The position numbers were made by a program, and so were the translations under genes. Shown piece after piece: positions 27,815 to 38,098 of a stretch of 64,000 bases of DNA (position 1 is the stretch's first letter; each line of letters opens with the position of its first letter). The notes beneath the pieces were generated by a model, which did not search any database, had not been told where the DNA came from, and saw only the letters and a program-made list of their open reading frames with translations. The stretch comes from Nitrospirota bacterium. Lineage in GTDB: Bacteria; Nitrospirota; Thermodesulfovibrionia; Thermodesulfovibrionales; UBA6898. The stretch covers positions 32,276 to 96,275 of the forward strand of contig SCQH01000017.1 of the NCBI GenBank assembly GCA_004321925.1, read 5' to 3'.

Positions 27815-28105
27815 CTAGGTTCTCAGCTTAGACAGTATGGTGGCTGAAAGCTGATACGAACCTTTTTCCTCTTCTTTTACCAGCTTATAAAAATCGCACT
27901 CCATACAGATACGGAGCTCCTTGGCGAAATCTCCGTGACCGCTGCCCCCGCATTTTGTGTGGGGAACGGTCCAGCAGGCCCTGCCCCCGTTGATGCCGTC
28001 ATGCGTCCCGTGTAATTTCGTCTCTTTGCAGACAGGACAGGCGTTGCTCCCGGAGACCGATCCGCATCTCCCGCAGGATTTTACTTCCCAGCAATTTGCT
28101 TTCAT
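27815..28105 (-). CDS. 96-aa nine-cysteine two-CW-motif protein, copy 2
   Basis: The start is at the ATG at 28103..28105, behind GGGGGGA plus 7 nt. 'MKANCWEVKSCGRC...ACPVCKETKLHGTHDGINGGRACWTVPHTKCGG...CMECDFYKLVKEEEKGS'. It aligns without gaps to 18581..18871. Confidence 0.75.
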   Translation of the reverse strand: MKANCWEVKSCGRCGSVSGSNACPVCKETKLHGTHDGINGGRACWTVPHTKCGGSGHGDFAKELRICMECDFYKLVKEEEKGSYQLSATILSKLRT

Positions 28106-28291
28106 GGTTCGATCCCCCCGGAAAGAAGTTACTGACTCTGAATCCATAATAATCAGTATATCTACTAATTATAATTTTAGGAAAATGAATTATTTTTATT
28201 GATCCATTAGTGCATTTTATGTTTTTCCTCTGTTTCGAGGGGGTGACATGAGCGAAGTCGAAAGGCTGCTTAAAGCACCAACTGCTGGTCG

Positions 28292-28328
28292 ACAAAAGGC
28301 GGAAGACTTTATTTACAAGTCTTCCGCC
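28292..28328 (-). terminator. Hairpin terminator immediately 3' of the tRNA (could act in both directions)
   Basis: GGCGGAAGACTT-TATTTAC-AAGTCTTCCGCC, a 12-bp perfect stem. It is followed by TTTTGT on the minus strand and TTTGTATTTT on the plus strand. Confidence 0.5.
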
Positions 28329-28337
28329 TTTGTATTT

Positions 28338-28413
28338 TGGTGGCGGTGCAGGGAGTTGAACCCCGGACACTGCGAATATGAGTCGCATGCTCTACCAACT
28401 GAGCTACACCGCC
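28338..28413 (-). tRNA. tRNA with anticodon CAT (Met, or Ile2 if lysidine-modified), CCA encoded
   Basis: The reverse complement folds as GGCGGTG-TA-GCTC-AGTTGGTA-GAGC-A-TGCGA-CTCATAT-TCGCA-GTGTC-CGGGG-TTCAACT-CCCTG-CACCGCC-ACCA. All four stems are complementary (one G-T pair). Confidence 0.9.
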
Positions 28414-28463
28414 TTCATGAAGAGGCACGAATAAGAAATGAAATTATAACAAAAAAGGGTCTT

Positions 28464-29585
28464 CTAATAAAAGAGGCTGAACCTGCGGGTGCGGACATTG
28501 ATCAGGACGCCCATGGAGATGAAGTTTGAAAGCAGCGCCGTGCCCCCATAGCTCATGAACGGCAGAGGGATGCCGACGACCGGCATCATCCCGAGGGTCA
28601 TCCCGATATTGACGAAGAAATAGATGCTGAACATAAAGGTTATCCCGAGCGCAAGTGTCCGTCCGAAGACGTCCTTCGCCTTGCGGGCCGTGTCCAGCCC
28701 CCGCAGGATCAGGATGAGATACAGTGACAGCAGGAACAGCGTCCCCATGGCCCCCCACTCTTCGGCAAAGGCAGAGAATATGAAGTCGGTATGTCTTTCA
28801 GGAAGGAACCTGAAGGGTCCCTGGGTGCCGTTGAGGTACCCCTTGCCGAAAAACCCGCCCGACCCCACGGCCACTTTTGACTGGTTTATCTGATAGCCTA
28901 TGCCTGAAGGGTCTGCCTCGGGATCGACAAAGGCGATCAGCCGGTTCTTCTGGTAGCCCTTGAGCCCGCTCCAGACAATATTTCCGACAAAGGGAAGTGA
29001 GACCAGCGAGGCAATAAGAAGAAAGACCAGCGCTTTTTTCTGAAGTCCGCGCGCCAGCACCATGAAAAAGAATATGAGCAGGATGACCACGCCTGTCCCG
29101 AGGTCAGGCTGCTTGAAGAGAAGGATGAACGGGACAAAGACAATGACAAGGAATATCCTCAGCAGCTGGATCAGGTCAATTTCCCCGCTAACCAGGCTGA
29201 GATACTGGGCGACCATGATGATGAACATGAGCTTGAAGAACTCGGACGGCTGAAAGGCGATCGGGCCGAGGTTGATCCACCTTTGGGCGCCCATGCCGGT
29301 CTTTCCGGATATCATGACGATCAGGAGGAGCAGTATCCCGGCGAGATACAGATGGACCGAGATCCTGCTGAGCCAGATATAGTCGAAGCTGAGGAAGGCT
29401 GTCATGCCGGCTATCCCGATGAACATCCAGATGATCTGCTTGATATACAGCGGCGACTGGGCCGCCTCCGACGGCTGCCTCGTCGCGCTGAAGATCGTCA
29501 TGATCCCGATCAGGGTAATCGCGAGGACGGTCGCAAAGGAGAGCCAGTCAAAGTTCTGCAGCAGCCGCCGGTCAATTCTGAACAT
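28464..29585 (-). CDS. rodA: SEDS-family peptidoglycan glycosyltransferase RodA
   Basis: FtsW/RodA/SpoVE-type polytopic protein ('QPSEFFKL', 'PDLGT', 'TDFIFSAFAEEWG', 'GIPLPFMSYGGT'), directly downstream of PBP2. Confidence 0.9.
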   Translation of the reverse strand: MFRIDRRLLQNFDWLSFATVLAITLIGIMTIFSATRQPSEAAQSPLYIKQIIWMFIGIAGMTAFLSFDYIWLSRISVHLYLAGILLLLIVMISGKTGMGAQRWINLGPIAFQPSEFFKLMFIIMVAQYLSLVSGEIDLIQLLRIFLVIVFVPFILLFKQPDLGTGVVILLIFFFMVLARGLQKKALVFLLIASLVSLPFVGNIVWSGLKGYQKNRLIAFVDPEADPSGIGYQINQSKVAVGSGGFFGKGYLNGTQGPFRFLPERHTDFIFSAFAEEWGAMGTLFLLSLYLILILRGLDTARKAKDVFGRTLALGITFMFSIYFFVNIGMTLGMMPVVGIPLPFMSYGGTALLSNFISMGVLINVRTRRFSLFY

Positions 29586-31353
29586 TGATCAACTCCTTCT
29601 TCTTATCGTCCGGAAGCAGGTAGGCCTCGATAGCCTTCTTCGCTATCGGAGCTGCCGCGCTGCCGCCATGGCCGCCATGCTCGACCATGACCGATACGGC
29701 GATTGCCGGTTTTTCAACCGGTGCAAAGGCAACAAACCAGGCATGGTCCCTGAATTTCTCCGCGAGGAACTTGGAGTCTTTCCGAATGCTGACGACCTGC
29801 GCCGTGCCTGTTTTGCCGCCGACGGTCGCCAGCGCTGATCGAGCAGCGCCGCCGGTCCCGCCGGGTTCGTTGACGACGCCGGCAAGATGTCTTTTTATTT
29901 CATCAAGGGTGGAGGGCCTGACACCGGCCTCACTGAGGAGTGCGGGGGCCGCATCCCTGAGAAGGGTTGGCTGCAATACCCTGCCGCCATTAGATACAGC
30001 CTGCATCATGACCGCCATCTGGAGCGGGGTTGCCGCCACATAGCCCTGCCCGATCGCATTGACGAAGGTCTCCCCGAGGAACCAGGGTGATTTTTTCTTT
30101 TCTGCCTTCCATTGGGTATCCGGAATGAGCCCTTTCTTCTCATTTCCCAGCATAATGCCGGTCTCTTTGCCCAGCCCTAAGCGTGTCGCATAATCATGGA
30201 TCCGGTCGATGCCAAGCCGCTTGCCGGCCTCGTAAAAATAGACGTCACACGACTCGACGAGCGCCCGGTGGAGCATGACCGTATTATGTCCTCCCTTTTT
30301 CCAGCAGCCGAAGTGCCATTTTCCGAAACTGATCCCGCCCCTGCAGGTGACCGCTGTCTCATCGCTGAGGGTCCCTTCTTCAAGGCCGGCTATCGCCGTT
30401 ATGATCTTAAAGGTGGACCCCGGCGGGTACTGGCTCTGGACCGCCCTGTTGAGCATCGGGAGCTTCTTATCCAGCATGAGACCGGACCATTCATCAGAGG
30501 TTATGCCCTTTGCAAATTTATTCGGATCAAAGGAAGGGGCGCTTGCAAGTCCGAGGACCTCGCCGGTATCGACCTTGAGCGCGACCATAGCTCCGGCCCT
30601 GCCTTCAAAGGCCTTTTCCACCTCCTTCTGGAGTGCGATATCGATGCTGAGGGTGAGGTCCTGCCCTTTTACCGGTGTGGTCTCCTTCAGAAGCCTGATC
30701 TCCCTGCCGAAGGCATCCACTTCGATGATCCTCTGCCCGGCAGTCCCTCTGAGCGACTGGTCATATATCTTCTCAACCCCCCACTGTCCGATAAAGGCCG
30801 CTGGGGGGACGTCCCTGAACGCAGGGTTCTGTGACTGTTCCGGGCTCAGCCTGCCAAGGTAGCCGATGACATGCGCGCCGACACTCCCGTATATGTACTG
30901 CCTGCTGACCTCGATCTCGATGATAAGGCCGGGGAAGTCTGAACGTCTTGCCTCGATAAAGCTGACCTCGTTAAACGAGAGGCCCTCCTTCAGTCTGACC
31001 GGGGTGAACGGACTCTGCCCTTTCCTGTTGATCTTCCTGGAAAGCTCCTCCTCGGAAAGCTTCAGGAGTTTTGCCAGCATCGGGACATTCCGGAAATCGA
31101 ATTCCTCGGGGATGAGCGAGGCACAGAAATAGGAGGTGTTCTTGACCAGGGGCACGTTATTGCGGTCAAAGATTATACCCCGGGGCGCAGGCACCCCGAA
31201 GACACGGAGCCGGTTAGACTCAGAGATCTTTCTGAGCTCGGCCCCCTGCAGGATCTGCAGCTGCCAGAGCCGCATGATAACGACCAGGAAGCCAATGATG
31301 ATCACAATCATTGCGATCCTGATCCTTTCAGCCGTTGTCTGTTCAGTCAGCAT
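29572..31353 (-). CDS. mrdA: Penicillin-binding protein 2 (elongasome transpeptidase)
   Basis: 'PPGSTFK' (SxxK) and 'GGKTGTAQV' (KTG). Sits in the mreBCD-mrdA-rodA gene order. Confidence 0.9.
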   Translation of the reverse strand: MLTEQTTAERIRIAMIVIIIGFLVVIMRLWQLQILQGAELRKISESNRLRVFGVPAPRGIIFDRNNVPLVKNTSYFCASLIPEEFDFRNVPMLAKLLKLSEEELSRKINRKGQSPFTPVRLKEGLSFNEVSFIEARRSDFPGLIIEIEVSRQYIYGSVGAHVIGYLGRLSPEQSQNPAFRDVPPAAFIGQWGVEKIYDQSLRGTAGQRIIEVDAFGREIRLLKETTPVKGQDLTLSIDIALQKEVEKAFEGRAGAMVALKVDTGEVLGLASAPSFDPNKFAKGITSDEWSGLMLDKKLPMLNRAVQSQYPPGSTFKIITAIAGLEEGTLSDETAVTCRGGISFGKWHFGCWKKGGHNTVMLHRALVESCDVYFYEAGKRLGIDRIHDYATRLGLGKETGIMLGNEKKGLIPDTQWKAEKKKSPWFLGETFVNAIGQGYVAATPLQMAVMMQAVSNGGRVLQPTLLRDAAPALLSEAGVRPSTLDEIKRHLAGVVNEPGGTGGAARSALATVGGKTGTAQVVSIRKDSKFLAEKFRDHAWFVAFAPVEKPAIAVSVMVEHGGHGGSAAAPIAKKAIEAYLLPDDKKKELINVQN

Positions 31354-31798
31354 TCTTTGAAACCAGGAAGATCCCTGCCGGGGCGTTTATGAGGGCCTGC
31401 ATGACCGAGGTGTACACAACAGTCGAAAAAAGGGCGGGCACTTTATCAAAGATGGACTTCGCCGCAAAAACGATAATATTGTCCGCCACGGTCAGGGTAG
31501 CCACGGCAATGACCCCGAGCAGCGCTGTCCAGCGGAAAAGTGCGCCCGAAACCAGAAATGCGGACGTATACCCGATGATCGCATGCGACATGAGATGCGG
31601 CCCGATAAGCGAATACGACAGACTGTCCTCGAAAAAGCCTATCAGGATGCCCGCCAGCAGGCCCCTGGTCTCACCATGTCTGAGTCCCGCATAATAGACA
31701 GGGAGGATCGTAAAGTTCGGCGCTACGCCAAGGACAGAGAGCTTTCCCTGGAGCAGGAAACAACAAAAGGTTGCGGCTATCCAGAGGAGATATCTCAT
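31343..31798 (-). CDS. mreD: Rod shape-determining protein MreD
   Basis: Small polytopic membrane protein immediately after mreC; the starts and stops overlap. Confidence 0.75.
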   Translation of the reverse strand: MRYLLWIAATFCCFLLQGKLSVLGVAPNFTILPVYYAGLRHGETRGLLAGILIGFFEDSLSYSLIGPHLMSHAIIGYTSAFLVSGALFRWTALLGVIAVATLTVADNIIVFAAKSIFDKVPALFSTVVYTSVMQALINAPAGIFLVSKNAD

Positions 31799-32574
31799 CG
31801 GATGACGAGGACTTCCTCTATGCGTGAGGAGTCCTGAAAAGGGGTGAGCTCGATATACTGAAAGTTCCCGCCAAGGCCTTTATTGTCGACCTTGGAGACA
31901 TAGCCAACCGGGACACCGGGAACGAACAGTGAGTCGAGGCCGGAGGTTGCGATGACATCCCCTGTCTTGATCTCTTCTTCATAGGGCACATACTTCAGCA
32001 TGCAGGTCCTTGTCCCTGTCCCGGCCAGGACACCTTCTTTTCTCGTCTCCCGGACCCTGACCGCTGCGGAAAAGTTGATGTCACTGAGCAGCAGCATTCT
32101 CGAAAAAGAGTCTGTAACGCTGATGATCTTCCCCGCGAGGCCCATAGGGGTGATGACCGTCATGTCCTTTGCAACGCCGTCCTTAAGGCCTTTGTCGAGG
32201 ACCAGGGTATGTTCCCAGTGGCCGGTGCCCCTGGCTACCACCCGTGCCGCAGCCACCGTGGTCTTGCTGCTCTCCTGAAGTTTGAGCAGTTCCTTTAACC
32301 GCTTGTTCTCAAGGACCGCATCCAGATAGCGATCCCTTTCCAGAAGCAGTTCATCGACACGCTGCCGCAGTCGCGTATTTTCTTCTTCACGCAGGGCGAG
32401 GCGTTTGAACGGTTGCGATAGTGATCCGGTGAGGGAGGCAATGGTCTTGTGGGCAGAGTCAAGGAGCGAGCTGATCTGAGCCGGAGAGCCGAAATGGCCC
32501 TTCTTGCTCTGGTAGGTCATCAGGATGAAAGAGATTATGACAACAATGGGAAGAAGGGCCTTTTTGCGCGACAT
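31795..32574 (-). CDS. mreC: Rod shape-determining protein MreC
   Basis: N-terminal anchor, a coiled-coil 'LRQRVDELLLERDRYLDAVLENKRLKELL', then the beta-rich 'GLAGKIISV...GDVIATSGLDSLFVPGVPVG'. Confidence 0.85.
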   Translation of the reverse strand: MSRKKALLPIVVIISFILMTYQSKKGHFGSPAQISSLLDSAHKTIASLTGSLSQPFKRLALREEENTRLRQRVDELLLERDRYLDAVLENKRLKELLKLQESSKTTVAAARVVARGTGHWEHTLVLDKGLKDGVAKDMTVITPMGLAGKIISVTDSFSRMLLLSDINFSAAVRVRETRKEGVLAGTGTRTCMLKYVPYEEEIKTGDVIATSGLDSLFVPGVPVGYVSKVDNKGLGGNFQYIELTPFQDSSRIEEVLVIR

Positions 32575-32576
32575 TC

Positions 32577-34056
<1,480 letters not shown>

Positions 34057-34149
34057 AAGGCCCCTCTTTTTTTCAATAAACCCCGGCGCCTCGCCGGCCA
34101 GGACGCGGCCGCAAAGGTTGTTTCCGGAAGACCTGATAGCTTACAATAA

Positions 34150-35880
34150 TTGGCTATGACCGACACGGAAGCTGTCCTGCTTGAACTGACCAAGGAACCG
34201 AAGATCGCCTATTTCTCGATGGAGATCGGGGTGCATAACGATATACCGACCTACAGCGGCGGTCTCGGTGTGCTTGCCGGGGACACCATACGGTCGAGCG
34301 CTGACCTGAAACTGCCCCTGGTTGCGGTGACCCTGCTTACCAAAAAGGGATATTTTACCCAGGACATCAATGAATCCGGCTGGCAGGTGGAACATCCCAC
34401 TCTCTGGGACCCTGCACAGTATATGCAGCTGCTTGCTCCCCGGACAACGGTCCAGATCGGGGGGAAGGACGTCCATGTCCAGGCCTGGCTCTATAACGTG
34501 CAGAGCCTCACCGGCGGCAATATCCCGGTATTCTTTCTCGACACGGATATCCCCGCCAACTCGCCTGAGGACAGGGAGATAACCTCGAGCCTCTACGGAG
34601 GCGATCTCGCCTACCGTCTGAAGCAGGAGATCGTGCTCGGCATAGGCGGTGTGAGGATACTCCATGAAATGGGCTTTGAGATAAAAAAATTTCATATGAA
34701 TGAGGGCCATGCCAGCCTGCTGACCCTTGAACTGCTGAACCGGTTCAAAAAGCCGATAGAGGATGTCTGGGATGAAAAGCTTGTCTGGGACAAGCGGAGC
34801 GTGACAAACCTCTGCGTATTTACGACGCACACCCCTGTTGAGGCCGGCCACGACAAGTTCCCGTATGATCTGGTTGCCAGGGTCATGGGCGAGATAATCC
34901 CGATCTCGACCCTCCAGGAGCTCGCAGGAAAGGATAACCTGAATCTCACGAAACTGGCCCTGAATCTGAGCCGATATATCAATGGGGTCGCCAAAAAGCA
35001 CGGAGAGGTCTCAAAGAGCATGTTCCCGGGTTATGAGATCCATGCAATAACCAACGGGGTGCATTCCTTCACCTGGACCAGCGACTATTTTAAACGGCTC
35101 TATGACGAATATCTGCCGGGCTGGGCAAATGAACCCGAGGTCTTTGTCCGGGTCGGCCGGATACCTGATGAACGGCTCTGGAAGGCACATATGGAGGCAA
35201 AGAACCATCTTGTCGGTTATATCAGGGAGCAGACCGGGGTTGAATTCTCCCCTGATATCCTGACCCTGGGGTTTGCCAGAAGGGCAACTGCCTACAAAAG
35301 GGCCGACCTCCTTTTCAGGGACCTTGACCGGCTCGAACGGATGGGCAGCGGCAAGCTTCAGATCGTCTATGCGGGCAAGGCACATCCGAAGGACGACCCC
35401 GGGAAAAAACTGATACAGAATATCATCCAGTATAAAGAACGCCTCAAAGGCAGGATCAATATTGTCTATCTGAAGAACTACAACATGGACATATCCCTGA
35501 AGATCGTCTCCGGGGTGGACATCTGGATGAATACCCCCCTGAGGCCGCTTGAGGCATCAGGCACAAGCGGGATGAAGGCCACCCATAACGGCGTCATGAA
35601 CTTCAGCGTCCTTGACGGATGGTGGATCGAGGGCCACATCGAGGGCTTCACCGGCTGGTCGATAGGCCCGCCCCCCAATGAACTGACCCCCGGCGCTGAC
35701 GCGGACGTGCGCGATTCAGAGGACCTCTATAACAAGCTCGAATACATTATCCTGCCGATGTACTACAACGACCGTCATACCTGGATCAGGATGATGCAGA
35801 ACGCGATCGGCAAGAACGCCTACTATTTCAATACGCACCGCATGATGCGCCGGTACGTTACCGAAGCCTACATCCGCTGA
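34150..35880 (+). CDS. glgP: Alpha-glucan (glycogen/maltodextrin) phosphorylase, short GT35 type
   Basis: 'YSGGLGVLAGD' and 'EASGTSGMKATHNG' (PLP-lysine motif). Confidence 0.9.
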   Translation: MAMTDTEAVLLELTKEPKIAYFSMEIGVHNDIPTYSGGLGVLAGDTIRSSADLKLPLVAVTLLTKKGYFTQDINESGWQVEHPTLWDPAQYMQLLAPRTTVQIGGKDVHVQAWLYNVQSLTGGNIPVFFLDTDIPANSPEDREITSSLYGGDLAYRLKQEIVLGIGGVRILHEMGFEIKKFHMNEGHASLLTLELLNRFKKPIEDVWDEKLVWDKRSVTNLCVFTTHTPVEAGHDKFPYDLVARVMGEIIPISTLQELAGKDNLNLTKLALNLSRYINGVAKKHGEVSKSMFPGYEIHAITNGVHSFTWTSDYFKRLYDEYLPGWANEPEVFVRVGRIPDERLWKAHMEAKNHLVGYIREQTGVEFSPDILTLGFARRATAYKRADLLFRDLDRLERMGSGKLQIVYAGKAHPKDDPGKKLIQNIIQYKERLKGRINIVYLKNYNMDISLKIVSGVDIWMNTPLRPLEASGTSGMKATHNGVMNFSVLDGWWIEGHIEGFTGWSIGPPPNELTPGADADVRDSEDLYNKLEYIILPMYYNDRHTWIRMMQNAIGKNAYYFNTHRMMRRYVTEAYIR

Positions 35881-35906
35881 CAGGATCGGCCGGACGGTAT
35901 CCCGGT

Positions 35907-36698
35907 CTACTCCGGCCAGAGAAGTTTCAGGGCCCTGTCATGCAGCTCCTGATTCCCGGCGGCAAGGAGCGCTGCGCTCCGCTCAAGCCCCAGCTGCACT
36001 CCTTCGATGCTTCGACCTTTCGTATCGGTCATCACACCGCCGGCCTCTCTTGCGAGGAGCCATCCGCCGGCAAAATCAAAGCTCCGGGACGGAGAAGGGC
36101 ATATAAAGACACTCACTGCCCCTGCGGCAAGATGCGCCAGGTCAAGGGCGGTTGAACCGAAACAGCGGGTCTTGCGGGCCCGGCCCAGAAGGGGCAGTGC
36201 CGCAGGGATGTCATGCCCCGGTGCCTGCGCCTCATAGGCGACGAGGGAGAGCTCCCCGCCTTTTTGTGTAAAAATCTGCCGATCATTGAGGAAGGCCCCT
36301 TCGCCCCTGACGGCGCTGAATTGATCACCGGTCAGCAGGTTGATGATATAGGCGAGCCTGAGGTCACCTATCGTCTCCCCGTCAGCAACCGCAATGGAGG
36401 TGCAGTAAAACGGAATGCCTGATACTGCATTTTTGCTCCCGTCCACCGGGTCGATGATGACCTTCGGCCCTCCGCCATGCAGAGCAATGATACCGGCCTC
36501 TTCAGAGATCATGGTGAGCGGTATGGCAAGTTCCTTCAGGCCCCTGATGATGATCTCCTCCGCGATCCTGTCGATCCCGAAGGTCATGTCCCCGCCTGCC
36601 CCAATGCCGGAGGAGACCCTGCTCGTATCAGAATGCAGAATGCCGGGCATCTCCTGATAGAGCCTGCTCCCTATGTTCTGTAGGTCCTTTATCTGCAT
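35907..36698 (-). CDS. Inositol monophosphatase / fructose-1,6-bisphosphatase family protein
   Basis: 'MISEEAG', 'IIDPVDGSKNA' and 'GSTALDLAHLAAG' are IMPase family signatures. Confidence 0.85.
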   Translation of the reverse strand: MQIKDLQNIGSRLYQEMPGILHSDTSRVSSGIGAGGDMTFGIDRIAEEIIIRGLKELAIPLTMISEEAGIIALHGGGPKVIIDPVDGSKNAVSGIPFYCTSIAVADGETIGDLRLAYIINLLTGDQFSAVRGEGAFLNDRQIFTQKGGELSLVAYEAQAPGHDIPAALPLLGRARKTRCFGSTALDLAHLAAGAVSVFICPSPSRSFDFAGGWLLAREAGGVMTDTKGRSIEGVQLGLERSAALLAAGNQELHDRALKLLWPE

Positions 36699-36781
36699 AC
36701 AAGCCTATTGTACCAGATAGAACAGGCCTTTGACCGACACCGGTGTTTGTCATGGCCCGCTGAAAAAGATTAGAATAATTA

Positions 36782-38098
36782 ATGAGGATCATAAGGACAT
36801 TCATACTTTTTATCTGCATCTGCCTGCCCGTTCCCGCCTCTGCGATCAACGTCAGGGAGCATATCCTTGACAACGGGCTCAAGCTGCTGGTCCTCGAGGA
36901 CCATAAGGCCCCGACTGCCACCTTCCAGGTCTGGTACCGGGTCGGGTCCAGGGACGAGCAGATCGGCAAGACAGGTTTGAGTCACCTGCTTGAGCACCTG
37001 ATGTTCAAAGGCACGAAAGAGAACGGGCCGAAGACCTTTTCCCAGACGATACAAAGGGCAGGCGGCACTGACAACGCCTTTACCACCCATGAGCATACAG
37101 GATATTTTGAGCTCATATCCTCGGACCGGATCAGCATCCCCCTGAGGCTTGAGGCGGACAGGATGCAGAACCTTGTCCTGACCCCGGATGGCGTGCTGTC
37201 TGAACGGGATGTTGTCATGGAAGAAAGAAGGCTGCGCTATGACGATAACCCTCAGAACCTGCTGCATGAGGAGGTCAGTGCAACGGCATTTACGAACCAC
37301 CCGTACCGCTGGCCGGTGATCGGCTGGATGTCCGACCTGAAGACCCTGAACCCGGCTGACCTCATTGCTCATTACCGGACCTATTATGCTCCGAACAATG
37401 CGGTGGTGATCGTTGTGGGGGATGTCGATCCGGAGGCTGTCCTCACGCAGGTCAGGGAAACCTTCGGAAAGATACCGCGGGGCCCGGAAATAAAAGAGAA
37501 CAGCATCACCGAAGACATGCAGCATGGCGAAAAGCGGATCTTTGTCAAAAAAGAGGCAGAGCTCCCTGGGGTCATCATGGCTTTCAAGACCCCTTCCCTG
37601 AAACATGAAGACACCTATGCCCTCGAGGTGCTCGGCAGCATCCTCTCGGGAGGAAAGAGCTCCCGTCTCCATAATGCACTTGTCTACGAAAAGCAGCTTG
37701 CACTCTCTGCCTGGGCCAGCTATGAAAATATGTACCGGGACCCTTATCTCTTCCTTGTTGGCGGCACTGCAGCACAGGGCAGGGAAATAAGCGAGGTTGA
37801 GAAGGCCCTGCAGCTTGAGATAGAAAAAATAAAGAATGCGCCCCCGTCCGAGTATGAGGTAAAAAAGGCAAAGAACCAGATAGAGGCCTCCTTTGTCATG
37901 GAGCAGGACTCTATTTATATGCTGGCTAAACTTATCGGGACCTTCGAAATGCTCGGCGGCTGGCAGCTGATCAACACCTATCTCGAGGGGGTCAGGAGCG
38001 TGACCCCGAGCGATGTCCAACGGGTCGCAAAAAAATATCTCATCCCCGAGACAGGGACCACCGGCATCCTCGTCCCGCTGAGGTCAGCGAAAAAGTGA
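36782..38098 (+). CDS. M16 (pitrilysin) family zinc peptidase, catalytic subunit
   Basis: 'GLSHLLEHLMFKGT' (HxxEH), with a signal peptide. Confidence 0.85.
   Translation: MRIIRTFILFICICLPVPASAINVREHILDNGLKLLVLEDHKAPTATFQVWYRVGSRDEQIGKTGLSHLLEHLMFKGTKENGPKTFSQTIQRAGGTDNAFTTHEHTGYFELISSDRISIPLRLEADRMQNLVLTPDGVLSERDVVMEERRLRYDDNPQNLLHEEVSATAFTNHPYRWPVIGWMSDLKTLNPADLIAHYRTYYAPNNAVVIVVGDVDPEAVLTQVRETFGKIPRGPEIKENSITEDMQHGEKRIFVKKEAELPGVIMAFKTPSLKHEDTYALEVLGSILSGGKSSRLHNALVYEKQLALSAWASYENMYRDPYLFLVGGTAAQGREISEVEKALQLEIEKIKNAPPSEYEVKKAKNQIEASFVMEQDSIYMLAKLIGTFEMLGGWQLINTYLEGVRSVTPSDVQRVAKKYLIPETGTTGILVPLRSAKK

Noticed and set aside
27999-28529. ORFs of 129 aa (minus) and 93 aa (plus) in this interval
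   Set aside because: Both run through the tRNA gene and its terminator hairpin, and neither has an RBS or a motif.
34141-35001. 286-aa minus-strand ORF at the glgP 5' end
   Set aside because: It is antisense to the alpha-glucan phosphorylase gene, which is supported by the SGGLGVLAGD and PLP-Lys motifs.
36779-38020. 413-aa minus-strand ORF
   Set aside because: It is antisense to the M16 peptidase gene, whose plus-strand product carries the HxxEH zinc motif and a signal peptide. The minus-frame product is Arg/Gly/Pro/Leu-rich with no motif, which is typical of open antisense frames in G+C-rich DNA.
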